In this document: positions 19,368 through 30,357 of the stretch, piece by piece
Layout: each line of letters begins with the position of its first letter
Numbering within the stretch: position 1 is the first letter of the stretch
Assembly (NCBI GenBank): GCA_945787845.1
Contig: CALZJH010000009.1
Coordinates: forward strand, 35,208 to 99,207
DNA from: an uncultured Woeseiaceae bacterium
GTDB lineage: Bacteria; Pseudomonadota; Gammaproteobacteria; Steroidobacterales; Woeseiaceae
Direction: 5' to 3'
DNA length: 64,000 bases
The notes under the pieces: model-generated
Told to the model about the DNA's origin: nothing
The model's database searches: none
Seen by the model: only the letters and a program-made list of their open reading frames with translations
Translations under genes and position numbers: made by a program

Positions 19368-21317
19368 ATGGAAACGCAAATCTACCCGGTCCAAGAGGCA
19401 ACGAAAAAGCGCGCACTGATCGACAAGGCCCGTTACGAGGAAATGTATGCGAGGTCCGTGGAAGACAACGAGGCCTTTTGGGCGGAGCAGGCGCAACGCA
19501 TTGACTGGATCAAGCCATTCACCAAGGTCAAGGACGTTTCCTTCGCGAAGGACGATCTGCACATTCGCTGGTATGAAGATGGCACGCTCAACGTTTGTTA
19601 CAACTGCGTCGACCGGCATCTCGAGAAGAAAGGCGACGACGTGGCGATCATCTGGGAGGGTGACGATCCCGCCAACGACCTGAAGATCACCTATCGCGAA
19701 TTGCACGAGCGCGTGAGCAAGTTTGCCAATGCCCTTAAGGCTATCGGCGCGAAACGCGGCGACCGCGTAACCATTTACATGCCCATGATTCCGGAAGCAG
19801 CCATCTCGATGCTGGCCTGTGCGCGCATCGGCGCGGTCCATTCTGTCGTATTCGGCGGGTTTTCGCCGGACGCCCTGGCTGGCCGCATCGTTGACTGTGA
19901 ATCGAATATCGTCGTCACGGCCGACGAGGGCCTGCGCGGCGGCAAGAAAGTGCCGCTCAAGGGCAATGTCGATGCTGCCGCGGCCAACCCCGACGTGACG
20001 ACCCTGGAAAAAGTCCTGGTCGTGCGCCATACCGGCGCGGACATCGACTGGGTCGATGGCCGCGACGAGTGGCTGCATGAAGTCGAGGCCGGCGTGGACG
20101 CGGATTGCCCCTGCGAGGAGATGAACGCCGAAGATCCGCTGTTTATCCTGTACACCTCGGGTTCGACCGGCCAGCCAAAGGGTGTGCTGCACACAACCGG
20201 TGGTTACCTCGTGTACGCAGCCATGACGCATGAGTATGTGTTTGACTATCACCCCGGCGACATCTACTGGTGCACGGCGGACGTCGGCTGGGTCACGGGA
20301 CACAGCTACATCGTTTATGGCCCGCTGGCCAATGGCGCCATCTCGCTGATGTTCGAGGGTGTGCCCAACTACCCAACGTCGTCACGTTTCTGGGAGGTCT
20401 GCGACAAGCACAACGTCAATATCGTGTACACGGCCCCAACCGCGATTCGTGCACTGATGCGCGAGGGCGACGATCCCGTGAAGAAGACGTCACGCAAAGA
20501 CCTTCGTTTGCTTGGGTCGGTCGGCGAGCCGATCAACCCGGAAGCCTGGGAATGGTATTACAACGTCGTCGGCGACGGTCGTTGCCCGATCGTCGATACC
20601 TGGTGGCAGACTGAAACCGGCGGCATCCTGATCACACCATTGCCGGGCGTGACGGCACTTAAACCGGGTTCGGCGACAAATCCGTTTTTCGGTATCAGGC
20701 CGGAGCTGCTCGACGCCGACGGCAAGACGCTCGAAGGCGCTGTCGCCGGCAACCTCGTCATTGCCGATAGCTGGCCGGGACAGATGCGGACTGTCTACGG
20801 CGATCACGAGCGCTTTGTTGAGACCTATTTCTCGACCTACGATGGTTATTACACGACCGGAGACGGCGCGCGGCGCGACGAGGACGGCTACTACTGGATT
20901 ACCGGCCGCACCGATGACGTCATCAACGTGTCGGGTCACCGCATGGGTACGGCCGAGGTTGAAAGTGCACTGGTTTCCCACGACAACGTTGCAGAGGCAG
21001 CGGTCGTCGGTTACCCGCATGAGATCAAGGGCCAGGGCATCTACGCATACGTGACGCTGATGGAAGGCGTCGAGCCGAGTGATGAACTGCGTGCCGAGCT
21101 GCAAAAATGGGTACGCAAGGAGATCGGACCGATCGCGAAACCGGATCTGCTGCAATGGGCGCCGGGGCTGCCAAAGACGCGCTCCGGCAAAATCATGCGG
21201 CGCATCCTGCGCAAGGTGGCGGCCGATGACTTTGGCAACCTGGGCGACACCTCGACGCTTGCCGATCCCTCGGTCGTGGATGAACTGATCGAGAACCGGG
21301 AGAACCGTTCGGGCTAG
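19368..21317 (+). CDS. acs: Acetyl-CoA synthetase (acetate--CoA ligase)
   Basis: The 649-aa protein has the [14 protein letters not shown]-binding motif and WWQTETGG, and is collinear with Acs over its full length. Confidence 0.95.
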   Translation: METQIYPVQEATKKRALIDKARYEEMYARSVEDNEAFWAEQAQRIDWIKPFTKVKDVSFAKDDLHIRWYEDGTLNVCYNCVDRHLEKKGDDVAIIWEGDDPANDLKITYRELHERVSKFANALKAIGAKRGDRVTIYMPMIPEAAISMLACARIGAVHSVVFGGFSPDALAGRIVDCESNIVVTADEGLRGGKKVPLKGNVDAAAANPDVTTLEKVLVVRHTGADIDWVDGRDEWLHEVEAGVDADCPCEEMNAEDPLFILYTSGSTGQPKGVLHTTGGYLVYAAMTHEYVFDYHPGDIYWCTADVGWVTGHSYIVYGPLANGAISLMFEGVPNYPTSSRFWEVCDKHNVNIVYTAPTAIRALMREGDDPVKKTSRKDLRLLGSVGEPINPEAWEWYYNVVGDGRCPIVDTWWQTETGGILITPLPGVTALKPGSATNPFFGIRPELLDADGKTLEGAVAGNLVIADSWPGQMRTVYGDHERFVETYFSTYDGYYTTGDGARRDEDGYYWITGRTDDVINVSGHRMGTAEVESALVSHDNVAEAAVVGYPHEIKGQGIYAYVTLMEGVEPSDELRAELQKWVRKEIGPIAKPDLLQWAPGLPKTRSGKIMRRILRKVAADDFGNLGDTSTLADPSVVDELIENRENRSG

Positions 21318-22717
21318 CTGCCCAGCTGGTCCTGACGGATCTCCTCGGACATGCTGTTCTCGAGTTCGTCGATGAAACTTTGATCGAGGTCATCGGCGTC
21401 GATGACTTCGAGGACAGCGTCTCCCTCAAATGCCGAGTCGGCATTCGCTGACTCGGCGACCACGGGGCCGTCCAGCTTCTGCGTTTCCATAAGCGTCGGG
21501 TCGATGTCCGCGTCGTTGTCGGCCTTGGCCGGGCGCGCCATGCCTTCGCGCTCGATGCGCTGGTATTCGGCTACCTGGCGTTCGTAAGCCCTTACAAACT
21601 CTTCGCCGAACATCTGCGGGAATCGTCCGCCACCCTTCTCGGTCATGATCGGGTAAAGGTCCTTGTACAAATCCCAGTACTTCGACTTGTTCATGAACGC
21701 GAACAACTTGCTGCCAGCGGTTCGATCAAAGCCTTCCTGCAATTCGTCCGGGTCGAATCGATCCGCGAATTCGATAAACGCGCTGTTCATCGCATCGAGG
21801 AACGCATTCTGGTGATTCAGCAGATCGCGATTGGCCTCGCGTACGGCATCGCGTGCGCCGAGGTATTCACCTTCGGCGCCGATCAGCAGCTGCTTGATGA
21901 GATCGTTCGTGTTCTCCGAAAACTTCATCGGGTTGTTTTGGCGGGGCAGGACGGTCGTCTGGTCCAGGCGGAACGTGTTCTTGAGGTTTGCTCGAGACGA
22001 CAACAGGTTGATAGTGCCCTCGACAAACTCGCGCAGGACGATGCCTGCCGTCATCATCAGTTCAGGACGGTCGATAGCCGGATGAAGTTCGACGCGACTA
22101 ATGCCCAGGCCATCGAGGAATGAGTCGAACAGGTCTTCAGCGGTAACGTTGACCGGTTCCTTGGCCGCCGCCTTGTTTGTGAAAGCCGGTGGGGGCTCGG
22201 GCTCCGGTGCCGGTTCGGGCTCGACATTCGGCGCTTTCTTGCCAAACAAGACCGACTGAAACTCGTCGTCGCCGGTAATCTCTGATTCGTCCAGCAGCTG
22301 CATGCCGGTCTCGATAACGTCTTCGTCGACGAATTGTTCGATATGGTCCGGCGCAACCGAGGGTTCGGGTTCGAGGGGCATTACGAGGCTCTCGCCCTTG
22401 TCGATCGAGATCTCGAATTCGAAGTCGCCCATGCGCATGCGATCGCCGTCAAACAGGCGACGCGGGTTGCCTTTACCGATCGGCTCCATTTCGCCGTTCA
22501 TGTAGACGCCGTTGCTGCTCGTGTCCGCGAGGTAGTACATGCCACCCCGGTAGTCGATCGTCGCATGACGGCCCGAGATGTAGCGGTCCGGATCGGGAAG
22601 AATCCAGTCGTTCTGCAGCGAGCGACCGATGGTGCCGCCGTCTTCGTAATACTCACGGACGGAGTCGTCGCCGACAAGATCGCGATGTTCCGAGACAAGT
22701 TTTATGATTAACGGCAT
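21314..22717 (-). CDS. TagH-like FHA-domain protein (T6SS-associated FHA family) in an orphan context
   Basis: The N-terminal FHA domain reads [28 protein letters not shown]...[15 protein letters not shown]. An acidic/Pro linker [12 protein letters not shown] follows. The C-terminal region with [18 protein letters not shown] and FDPDELQ matches the pattern I associate with TagH/ImpI. Confidence 0.7.
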   Translation of the reverse strand: MPLIIKLVSEHRDLVGDDSVREYYEDGGTIGRSLQNDWILPDPDRYISGRHATIDYRGGMYYLADTSSNGVYMNGEMEPIGKGNPRRLFDGDRMRMGDFEFEISIDKGESLVMPLEPEPSVAPDHIEQFVDEDVIETGMQLLDESEITGDDEFQSVLFGKKAPNVEPEPAPEPEPPPAFTNKAAAKEPVNVTAEDLFDSFLDGLGISRVELHPAIDRPELMMTAGIVLREFVEGTINLLSSRANLKNTFRLDQTTVLPRQNNPMKFSENTNDLIKQLLIGAEGEYLGARDAVREANRDLLNHQNAFLDAMNSAFIEFADRFDPDELQEGFDRTAGSKLFAFMNKSKYWDLYKDLYPIMTEKGGGRFPQMFGEEFVRAYERQVAEYQRIEREGMARPAKADNDADIDPTLMETQKLDGPVVAESANADSAFEGDAVLEVIDADDLDQSFIDELENSMSEEIRQDQLGS

Positions 22718-22871
22718 GACATTCCTCTCGTAGATCGGCTAATTGTGCGCTGAATCAAGACCTTAGACTGCTACGCAGTTCACATAATCAAGCATGGCGG
22801 CGGCGCCTAAGGCCTTGATTTTCAGTAAATGCAGCCAACATTGCAGGTTTTGGTTAGACTGAGTGCCAAGC

Positions 22872-23204
22872 ATGAGCAAGCAGCCACTCTTCAAAGTCGT
22901 TTTCATGAGCCAGGGACAGGTCTACGAGATCTATGCTCGCTCGGTAGGGCACGGCGAGTTGTTCGGTTTTGTCGAGGTCGAGAAACTGGTCTTCGGCGAG
23001 CGCACCACGGTCGTTGTCGATCCGTCGGAAGAGAAGATCAAGTCGGAGTTCGAAAACGTTCGACGGACGTACCTGCCGATGCACTCGATCATCCGGATCG
23101 ATGAGGTGGACAAGCAGGGTGTCAGCAAGATTTCAAAGCTCGAGGGCGGCAATGTCGCGCAGTTCCCATTGCCGGTGTACACGCCCGGGGACAGCAATAA
23201 CTAA
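22872..23204 (+). CDS. DUF1820-like small protein
   Basis: The sequence [25 protein letters not shown]...[12 protein letters not shown] resembles DUF1820 from memory. The ATG at 22872 is preferred over the GTG at 22863. Confidence 0.6.
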   Translation: MSKQPLFKVVFMSQGQVYEIYARSVGHGELFGFVEVEKLVFGERTTVVVDPSEEKIKSEFENVRRTYLPMHSIIRIDEVDKQGVSKISKLEGGNVAQFPLPVYTPGDSNN

Positions 23205-23278
23205 GTAGTCGCCGGGTACGGGTTCCAGTATTATCGCGACTCGCTTTCCACGTACGTCGCACAAGGCCCTCGAACCCG

Positions 23279-26200
23279 ATGCTCGAACTGCCAGGACAGG
23301 CGGCACTTTCTGACTTTCGCCTGGCCAAACTGACACACTCTCTGAAGCGCGCCGATGACCGCGTAGTCGCTGTCGAGGCCCGATTCACCTATTTCGTTGC
23401 GACCCATGCCGAGTTGTCCAGGGAGGACCGCAGCCGCCTGGATGGCCTGCTGCTCTCAGGAGACAAGCCCGCGCGCCTGCCACGTGGCGCCAGGACGCTC
23501 TATGTCGTGCCGCGGCCCGGCACCATCTCACCGTGGTCGTCCAAGGCGACGGACATCGCCAGGGCTTGCGATATCGACGCGATCGATCGCATCGAGCGTG
23601 GCATCTGCTACGGACTCCAGTTCAAGGGCAAGGTGAGTGACGAGGAGGTGCTGGCGCTGAGCCACCTCCTCTTCGATCGCATGACCGAGGCCGTTTTCGA
23701 GGACCCGGGTGGCGTTGCGGCCCTGTTTGCCGAGCATGATCCGGCACCGGTTGGCGTCGTGCCCTTGTCCGAAAACGGAAAAGACGCGCTGGTCGCCGCC
23801 AATACCGACCTCGGCCTTGCATTGTCCGACCAGGAGATCGACTACCTCGTCGAGTGCTACGGCGATCTGGCCCGCGACCCGACCGACGCGGAGCTGATGA
23901 TGTTCGCGCAGGCGAACTCGGAGCACTGCCGCCACAAAATCTTCAATGCGAGCTGGGTCATCGACGGCGAGGCGCGCGAGCAGCGCCTGTTCGGCATGAT
24001 CAAGTCGACGACCGAGAAGACGCCCGACGGCGTGATCTCGGCCTACAGCGATAATGCAGCGGTGTTCGAAGGCTGGACCGGGCAGCGCCTGCTGCCCCGA
24101 ACATCCGATCGCGAGTACGAATTCGTCGAAGAGCCCGTACACGTCCTCATCAAGGTCGAAACGCACAACCATCCAACCGCAATTTCTCCCTATCCGGGTG
24201 CGGCAACCGGGTCCGGTGGCGAGATTCGTGATGAAGGTGCGACCGGTCTCGGCGCGAAGCCAAAGGCAGGCCTGACCGGCTTCACCGTGTCGCACCTGCG
24301 TATTCCCGGGTACGAACAGCCCTGGGAGGACGATTTCCCGCATCCCGAGCACCTGGCGACGCCGCTCGAGATCATGATCGACGGGCCGATCGGCGGTGCT
24401 GCGTTCAACAATGAATTCGGCCGGCCGAACCTGGCCGGCTATTTCCGGACTTTCGAAAGTCACCTTGCGGGCCTCCCGGATACCGAGATTCGCGGCTATC
24501 ACAAGCCGATCATGATCGCGGGCGGTCTCGGCAATGTCCGTGAGGAGCATGCGAACAAGATCGACGTGCCGGTCGGAGCGCGGGTCGTTGTCCTCGGCGG
24601 TCCGGCCATGCTCATCGGCCTCGGCGGAGGTGCGGCGTCCTCGCTTGCGAGCGGCACCTCGAGCGCGGAGCTGGATTTTGCCTCGGTACAGCGAGGCAAT
24701 CCGGAAATGGAACGCCGCGCCCAGGAAGTCATCGACCGTTGCTGGCAGATGGGCAAAAGCAACCCGATATTGCTGATCCACGACGTAGGTGCCGGCGGCC
24801 TGTCGAATGCGGTACCTGAAGCGGTCGATCACAGCGGCCACGGCGCGATGATCGAGTTGCGAGAAGTCGACAATGCCGAACCTGGTATGTCCCCGATGGG
24901 TATCTGGTGCAACGAGGCCCAGGAACGCTACGTGCTGATCGTCGCCGACGCCCGGATCGACGAGTTCAAGGCGCTTTGCGAACGCGAGCGCTGTCCGGTT
25001 TCGGTCATCGGCACGCTGACCGACGACGGTAATCTCACGGTGACCGATCGTCACTTCGAAAATCGCGTCGTCGATATGCCGATGCAGATGTTGCTGGGCA
25101 ATCCGCCGAAAATGGAACGCGAGGTCACGCATCAGCATCTCGGCGAGGAGCTACTGAATCTCGACGGAATCGAAATCGAAAAAGCGGCGTTGCGAGTCCT
25201 GCGGTTCCCGGCCGTTGCAGACAAGTCCTTCCTGATTCACATTGGCGACCGCACCGTCGGCGGCCTGAGTGCCCGCGACCAGCTCGTGGGTCCGTGGCAG
25301 GTCCCGGTCAGTGACGTCGCGATCACGTCAACGGGGTTCACCGGCCTTACCGGTGAGGCCATGGCGATGGGTGAACGCACGCCGCTGGCGGCAACCAACG
25401 CGCCGGCTTCGGGACGCATGGCCGTCGCCGAATCCATTACGAACATCGCGGCCGCGCCCATCAATTCTCTCGACAAGGTGCGCCTGTCCGCCAACTGGAT
25501 GGCGGCTGCTGGGCACCCCGGGGAAGATGCCAATCTGTTCGACACGGTCAAGGCCGTGGGCGACGAGTTGTGTCGCGCGCTAGGTGTCGCGATTCCGGTG
25601 GGCAAGGACTCGATGTCGATGCGCACCCGCTGGGAAGATGAGAATGGCGAGCACAACGTGGTGGCGCCCGTATCTCTGATTATCTCGGCGTTTGCGCCGG
25701 TTTCCGACGTGACCCGCCATTTGACGCCGCAGTTGCGCCAGACAGAAGAGGCGAGCTACCTGCTCCTGTTTGACCTCGGCCAGGGCAAGAATCGACTCGG
25801 CGGGTCGTGCCTGGCGCAGGCCTACGGACGGACCGGCGGCAAGACGCCGGACCTGGACGATCCCGGCTTGTTAAAAGGGCTGTTCGCGGCTGTCCAGGAA
25901 CTCAATGCGCGGGACATGTTGCTTGCCTATCACGATCGCAGTGACGGTGGCTTGCTGGCGACTGTTGCGGAGATGATTTTCGCGAGCCGGCTCGGCGCGA
26001 CGCTGACCCTGGACGGGTCGCGCGTCGAACTGCTCAAGCGCCTGTTCAGTGAAGAGGTTGGCGTCGTGGTCCAGGTTGCGAAAAGCAAGCTGCCGCAGGT
26101 GCAAATGGTGCTGGACCGCAACGGCGTCAAGGCCGATGCGATCGGGCTCGTGGACGACAGCGGCAGGCTCGTCGTGCGCGGTGACAAAGGACCCGTACTC

Positions 26201-27157
26201 AACCTGGATCGCCCCACCATGCAGCGTGCGTGGTCCGGAATGAGCCATCAAATCCAGGCGCTGCGTGACAACCCAACCACGGCCAAAGAAGAATTTGACC
26301 GCATCCTTGACGACAAGGATCCGGGGCTTAACGTCGTGCTGTCGTTCGATCCACAGGAAGACATCGTGCGACCGTTGCGCGCCGCGGCGAAACCGCGCGT
26401 CGCGATTCTGCGCGAGCAGGGAGTCAACAGCCAGAACGAGATGGCCGCGGCATTCATCAACGCCGGATTTGCCACGGTCGACGTGCACATGAGTGATCTC
26501 CTGGAAGGTCGCGACACACTCGATGCCTACCAGGGGCTCGTGGCCTGTGGCGGTTTTTCCTTTGGCGACGTCCTCGGTGCCGGCGGAGGCTGGGCCAAGT
26601 CGGTCCTCTACCACTCCCGCACCCGGGATCAGTTTGCGGCGTTCTTCGAACGCAATGACACGTTCGCACTTGGCGTCTGTAACGGCTGCCAGATGATGTC
26701 CCATCTCAAGGACATCATTCCGGGTGCTGGCCATTGGCCGCGCTTTCTGCGCAACAAGTCCGAGCAGTTCGAAGCGCGCCTCAGCCTGGTCGAAATACTA
26801 GAGAGCCCGTCCCTGTTCCTCGAGGGCATGGCCGGGTCGCGGTTGCCGATTGCCACATCGCATGGCGAAGGCCGCGCGGAATTTGCTGACGACACAGCGC
26901 GCTACACTTCCTCCTACACGGTTGCCATGCGCTATGTCGACAACTACGGCGAGGTGGCCGACGCGTACCCGGCCAATCCGAACGGCTCCGTCGATGGAAT
27001 TTGCGGACTGAGCAGTGACGATGGCCGTGTCACGATCATGATGCCTCATCCGGAGCGCGTGGCGCTGACGCGCCAGAATTCCTGGCACCCTGATGACTGG
27101 GGTGAGGATGGTCCCTGGCTGCGCATGTTCCGCAATGCGCGGGTGGCGCTGGGCTAG
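23279..27157 (+). CDS. purL: Phosphoribosylformylglycinamidine synthase (large single-chain FGAM synthase)
   Basis: The 1292-aa protein has the collinear PurL layout, including a C-terminal glutaminase with GVCNGCQ and the MMPHPER motif. Confidence 0.97.
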   Translation: MLELPGQAALSDFRLAKLTHSLKRADDRVVAVEARFTYFVATHAELSREDRSRLDGLLLSGDKPARLPRGARTLYVVPRPGTISPWSSKATDIARACDIDAIDRIERGICYGLQFKGKVSDEEVLALSHLLFDRMTEAVFEDPGGVAALFAEHDPAPVGVVPLSENGKDALVAANTDLGLALSDQEIDYLVECYGDLARDPTDAELMMFAQANSEHCRHKIFNASWVIDGEAREQRLFGMIKSTTEKTPDGVISAYSDNAAVFEGWTGQRLLPRTSDREYEFVEEPVHVLIKVETHNHPTAISPYPGAATGSGGEIRDEGATGLGAKPKAGLTGFTVSHLRIPGYEQPWEDDFPHPEHLATPLEIMIDGPIGGAAFNNEFGRPNLAGYFRTFESHLAGLPDTEIRGYHKPIMIAGGLGNVREEHANKIDVPVGARVVVLGGPAMLIGLGGGAASSLASGTSSAELDFASVQRGNPEMERRAQEVIDRCWQMGKSNPILLIHDVGAGGLSNAVPEAVDHSGHGAMIELREVDNAEPGMSPMGIWCNEAQERYVLIVADARIDEFKALCERERCPVSVIGTLTDDGNLTVTDRHFENRVVDMPMQMLLGNPPKMEREVTHQHLGEELLNLDGIEIEKAALRVLRFPAVADKSFLIHIGDRTVGGLSARDQLVGPWQVPVSDVAITSTGFTGLTGEAMAMGERTPLAATNAPASGRMAVAESITNIAAAPINSLDKVRLSANWMAAAGHPGEDANLFDTVKAVGDELCRALGVAIPVGKDSMSMRTRWEDENGEHNVVAPVSLIISAFAPVSDVTRHLTPQLRQTEEASYLLLFDLGQGKNRLGGSCLAQAYGRTGGKTPDLDDPGLLKGLFAAVQELNARDMLLAYHDRSDGGLLATVAEMIFASRLGATLTLDGSRVELLKRLFSEEVGVVVQVAKSKLPQVQMVLDRNGVKADAIGLVDDSGRLVVRGDKGPVLNLDRPTMQRAWSGMSHQIQALRDNPTTAKEEFDRILDDKDPGLNVVLSFDPQEDIVRPLRAAAKPRVAILREQGVNSQNEMAAAFINAGFATVDVHMSDLLEGRDTLDAYQGLVACGGFSFGDVLGAGGGWAKSVLYHSRTRDQFAAFFERNDTFALGVCNGCQMMSHLKDIIPGAGHWPRFLRNKSEQFEARLSLVEILESPSLFLEGMAGSRLPIATSHGEGRAEFADDTARYTSSYTVAMRYVDNYGEVADAYPANPNGSVDGICGLSSDDGRVTIMMPHPERVALTRQNSWHPDDWGEDGPWLRMFRNARVALG

Positions 27158-27846
27158 GCCGAGGCGACGTTGTCGTTGTTGGCCTCGGTCACGAAGAAGC
27201 GCCGCACTTTGATCGCGCGCGTCAGCTTGCCGCGGCGGACGAAGCACTGGTAGAACATGTCCTTCAGCACCTCGAGCAAAATCCCGGCCTGCGCGCGATT
27301 CAATAGCGGCAAGTCCTCATGCGTGCCCGTGCCAAACAGGACGCTCTTGATGGGCGCGAATGTCTCGTCGTCGATTTCGGCAATATCCTGGGCTACCACA
27401 ACTTCTTCAAAGGCGCGCAACTTGCCGCCTTCACCCAGGGCATCGAATGCGCTGACCGCTGCCCGTCGGCACATGGACGCGAACGCGTTGAAGTTGTTGT
27501 TCGAGTAACAGCTCAGGGCTTCACGGAACAGTACTTCGGTATGTTTTGGCAAGTAGGAAAAAGCGAAGCGCTCTTTCGGCCGTTCGAGTTCGACGAAGTT
27601 GCGGTACAGCTCGACCTTGTTGTCCTGGTACTGGCGCACCGAGAAACGCAGGAAAATCGGCGCATTACAGGCATCGCATTTGTAGACGAGGCCAACATGC
27701 TTGGGACGGTCGCGCAGCAGCGATGCCGCATCGGGAACGGACTGCGGCTGCATGTGTGCAAACACGCCGCAGTAGGGGCACTCGAGTCCAATCTGGTCGT
27801 CGAGTTCGCTTTTTATCCCCTGATCTCTGTCAATTACGATTGCCAT
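27154..27846 (-). CDS. Zinc-ribbon + DUF4145-like protein, function unknown
   Basis: The N-terminus has CPYCG...CDAC (a four-Cys ribbon). The C-terminal helical region [31 protein letters not shown] resembles DUF4145. An AT-rich 91-bp region lies upstream. Confidence 0.55.
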   Translation of the reverse strand: MAIVIDRDQGIKSELDDQIGLECPYCGVFAHMQPQSVPDAASLLRDRPKHVGLVYKCDACNAPIFLRFSVRQYQDNKVELYRNFVELERPKERFAFSYLPKHTEVLFREALSCYSNNNFNAFASMCRRAAVSAFDALGEGGKLRAFEEVVVAQDIAEIDDETFAPIKSVLFGTGTHEDLPLLNRAQAGILLEVLKDMFYQCFVRRGKLTRAIKVRRFFVTEANNDNVASA

Positions 27847-27937
27847 ATCGCTCTATATTATTATTTATAGATCAGCGACTTCAGTATGCCCGATCAAAGC
27901 CGCATCGCCTCATGTGCTTTACATAATCCACAAATGA

Positions 27938-28594
27938 TTACTGTCCCCATTGGCCGACAGCATTGGTCGCCGCTTCGTTAGCCGGTCGCGCGATCAAACC
28001 GGTTCGCGTCATCGTTACCTCGAAGATTGCCTCGTCCGCCATGGGCAAATAGGTCGCTGTTCCGTAGTGCGCGTCGACGCCGGGCATGAGCTTCGGGTAC
28101 TTGCGCGCAAACTGCCATACATCCATCGTCACGGGCTCCGACAAGGCATGCACCGAGCGCACTTTGGAACGCTCGTCGTCGATTTCAGCGTAGCGTCCGC
28201 TCAGACGGTCGAGACGAAAAATGGGATCGAGGCCAAGCAGCGTCGCCGGCGGTTTCCAGGTAACGACGCGTGCATCCATCTGCCATTCGTTGCCGACCAG
28301 TTCATACATCCGATCCTGCTCATTCTCCACCATGAGGCGGGCGACGTATTGCTCGGGTGCAGACTGGCTGAACTGAATCCTGCCGACGTACTGTTCGTCA
28401 ATCAGGCGATCGTAGCCGTAGTAGCTGAACGCCAGCATGATACTGGCGCCGCCAGCGCAGGCGGACACGGTTCCCCCGGCCAGCGAACGTGTCGCCCGTA
28501 CCGGGCGCCGCCGCTTTGCATGGCGGGTCATGGAGAAAACGAAATACAGCGTGAGCAGAGCGAAAACCGTACTGGCCGTGAGCAGCAGATTCAT
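27938..28594 (-). CDS. Hypothetical membrane-anchored protein
   Basis: There is an N-terminal TM helix MNLLLTASTVFALLTLYFVF and a second hydrophobic segment. The gene starts 18 bp after the ettA stop. I recognise no family. Confidence 0.5.
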   Translation of the reverse strand: MNLLLTASTVFALLTLYFVFSMTRHAKRRRPVRATRSLAGGTVSACAGGASIMLAFSYYGYDRLIDEQYVGRIQFSQSAPEQYVARLMVENEQDRMYELVGNEWQMDARVVTWKPPATLLGLDPIFRLDRLSGRYAEIDDERSKVRSVHALSEPVTMDVWQFARKYPKLMPGVDAHYGTATYLPMADEAIFEVTMTRTGLIARPANEAATNAVGQWGQ

Positions 28595-28612
28595 CGTCGT
28601 ACTCCCAATATC

Positions 28613-30286
28613 CTAAGCTTCCAACCTCTTATACTTGATTCGGTGCGGGTTTGCCGCATCGGCACCCAGGCGACGTTTCCGATCCTCTTCGTAATCGGCG
28701 TAGTTGCCGGCGAACCAGACGACTTCGGAGTCTCCCTCGAACGCCAGCATGTGCGTGCAGATGCGATCCAGGAACCAGCGATCATGTGATATGACCATGG
28801 CTGAGCCTGGGAACTCCAGCAGCGCTTCCTCGAGCGCTCGCAGCGTCTCGACGTCGAGATCATTGGTCGGTTCATCAAGCAGCAGGAAGTTGCCGCCTGC
28901 CTTGAGCATCTTGGCAAGATGCACACGGTTGCGTTCTCCGCCCGACAGCAGGCCGATTTTCTTTTGCTGATCCTGGCCGCGGAAATTAAAGCGACCGACA
29001 TAAGCGCGCGACGAGGTTTCGTAATTGCCGACGCGAATCATGTCGAGGCCGTCCGAAATCTCTTCCCACACGGTCTTGTTGTCGTCGAGGCTGTCGCGTG
29101 ACTGATCGACGGCCGCGATCTGCACGGTGTCGCCGAGTCGCAGCGTTCCCGAGTCCGGTTGCTCCTGACCCGTGATCATGCGCGTCAACGTGGTCTTGCC
29201 GGCACCGTTGGGGCCGATCACGCCAACAATGCCGCCCGGTGGCAACTGGAAACTCAGGTCGTCGATGAGCAGCTTGTCGCCGAATCCTTTCTTGAGGTTC
29301 TCGACCTCAAGGACGACGTCGCCGAGACGGGGCCCCGGGGGAATGTAGATTTCGTTGGTTTCGTGCCGCTGCTGATAGGACGGCGACGATAGCTCCTCGA
29401 ACTGCTTCAGACGCGCCTTGGATTTCGCCTGGCGTCCTTTGGGATTGCTGCGAACCCACTCGAGCTCGTGCTCCATGGCGCGTTTGCGTGCTTTTTCGCC
29501 GGCCTCTTCGACCTTGAGGCGAGCCTCCTTCTGTTCGAGCCAGGACGAGTAGTTGCCTTCCCAGGGGATGCCGTGCCCGCGGTCGAGTTCGAGAATCCAG
29601 CCCGCAACATTGTCGAGAAAGTAGCGGTCATGCGTGACCGCGATAACGGTGCTTGGATACTCATCCAGGAAGCGTTCGAGCCAGGCGACCGACTCGGCAT
29701 CGAGGTGGTTGGTGGGCTCATCGAGCAACAGCATGTCAGGTTGTGACAGCAGCAGGCGGCAAAGGGCGACGCGACGCCGTTCACCACCCGACAGCTTGCT
29801 GACGTCGGCGTCCCAGGGCGGCAGGCGCAAGGCATCCGCGGCAACTTCCAGCTTGCGGTCGATTTCCCAGCCGCCGCCCGAATCGATGGCGTCCTGGAGC
29901 TTCCCTTGCTCCTCGAGCAGCGCGTTCATTTCATCGTCCGACATGGGCTCCGCAAATTTCTCGCTGATCTCGTTGAAGCGATGCAGGTGCTCGATGACGT
30001 CGCCGAGGCCTTCCTCGACGTTGCCGCGAACGTCCTTGTCGGGGTCCAGCTCGGGTTCCTGCGGCAGGTAGCCGATCTTGATGCCCGGCTGCGGACGCGC
30101 CTCGCCGTCAATTTCGGTATCGAGTCCCGCCATGATGCGCATGAGCGTGGATTTACCGGATCCATTGAGGCCGAGCACGCCAATCTTGGCGCCCGGGAAG
30201 AACGACAGGGAGATATCGCGAATGATGTGCCGCTTCGGCGGAACAACTTTCGCAACGCGGTTCATTGTATAAATGTACTGAGCCAT
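28613..30286 (-). CDS. ettA: Energy-dependent translational throttle protein EttA (ABC-F ATPase)
   Basis: The sequence begins [47 protein letters not shown]. There are two ABC cassettes ([31 protein letters not shown]). I trimmed the 667-aa track ORF to the ATG at 30286, giving 557 aa. Confidence 0.93.
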   Translation of the reverse strand: MAQYIYTMNRVAKVVPPKRHIIRDISLSFFPGAKIGVLGLNGSGKSTLMRIMAGLDTEIDGEARPQPGIKIGYLPQEPELDPDKDVRGNVEEGLGDVIEHLHRFNEISEKFAEPMSDDEMNALLEEQGKLQDAIDSGGGWEIDRKLEVAADALRLPPWDADVSKLSGGERRRVALCRLLLSQPDMLLLDEPTNHLDAESVAWLERFLDEYPSTVIAVTHDRYFLDNVAGWILELDRGHGIPWEGNYSSWLEQKEARLKVEEAGEKARKRAMEHELEWVRSNPKGRQAKSKARLKQFEELSSPSYQQRHETNEIYIPPGPRLGDVVLEVENLKKGFGDKLLIDDLSFQLPPGGIVGVIGPNGAGKTTLTRMITGQEQPDSGTLRLGDTVQIAAVDQSRDSLDDNKTVWEEISDGLDMIRVGNYETSSRAYVGRFNFRGQDQQKKIGLLSGGERNRVHLAKMLKAGGNFLLLDEPTNDLDVETLRALEEALLEFPGSAMVISHDRWFLDRICTHMLAFEGDSEVVWFAGNYADYEEDRKRRLGADAANPHRIKYKRLEA

Positions 30287-30357
30287 ATCGGGACCGTGTG
30301 TTGAGAAGCGCGCATTATCCGGTATGCTGCCGCACAAGCAAACAGAATAAGGCGCCA

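Noticed and set aside
23528-25138. 536-aa ORF antisense to purL
   Set aside because: It lies entirely inside the unambiguous purL frame. It has no recognisable motifs and is a high-GC shadow ORF.
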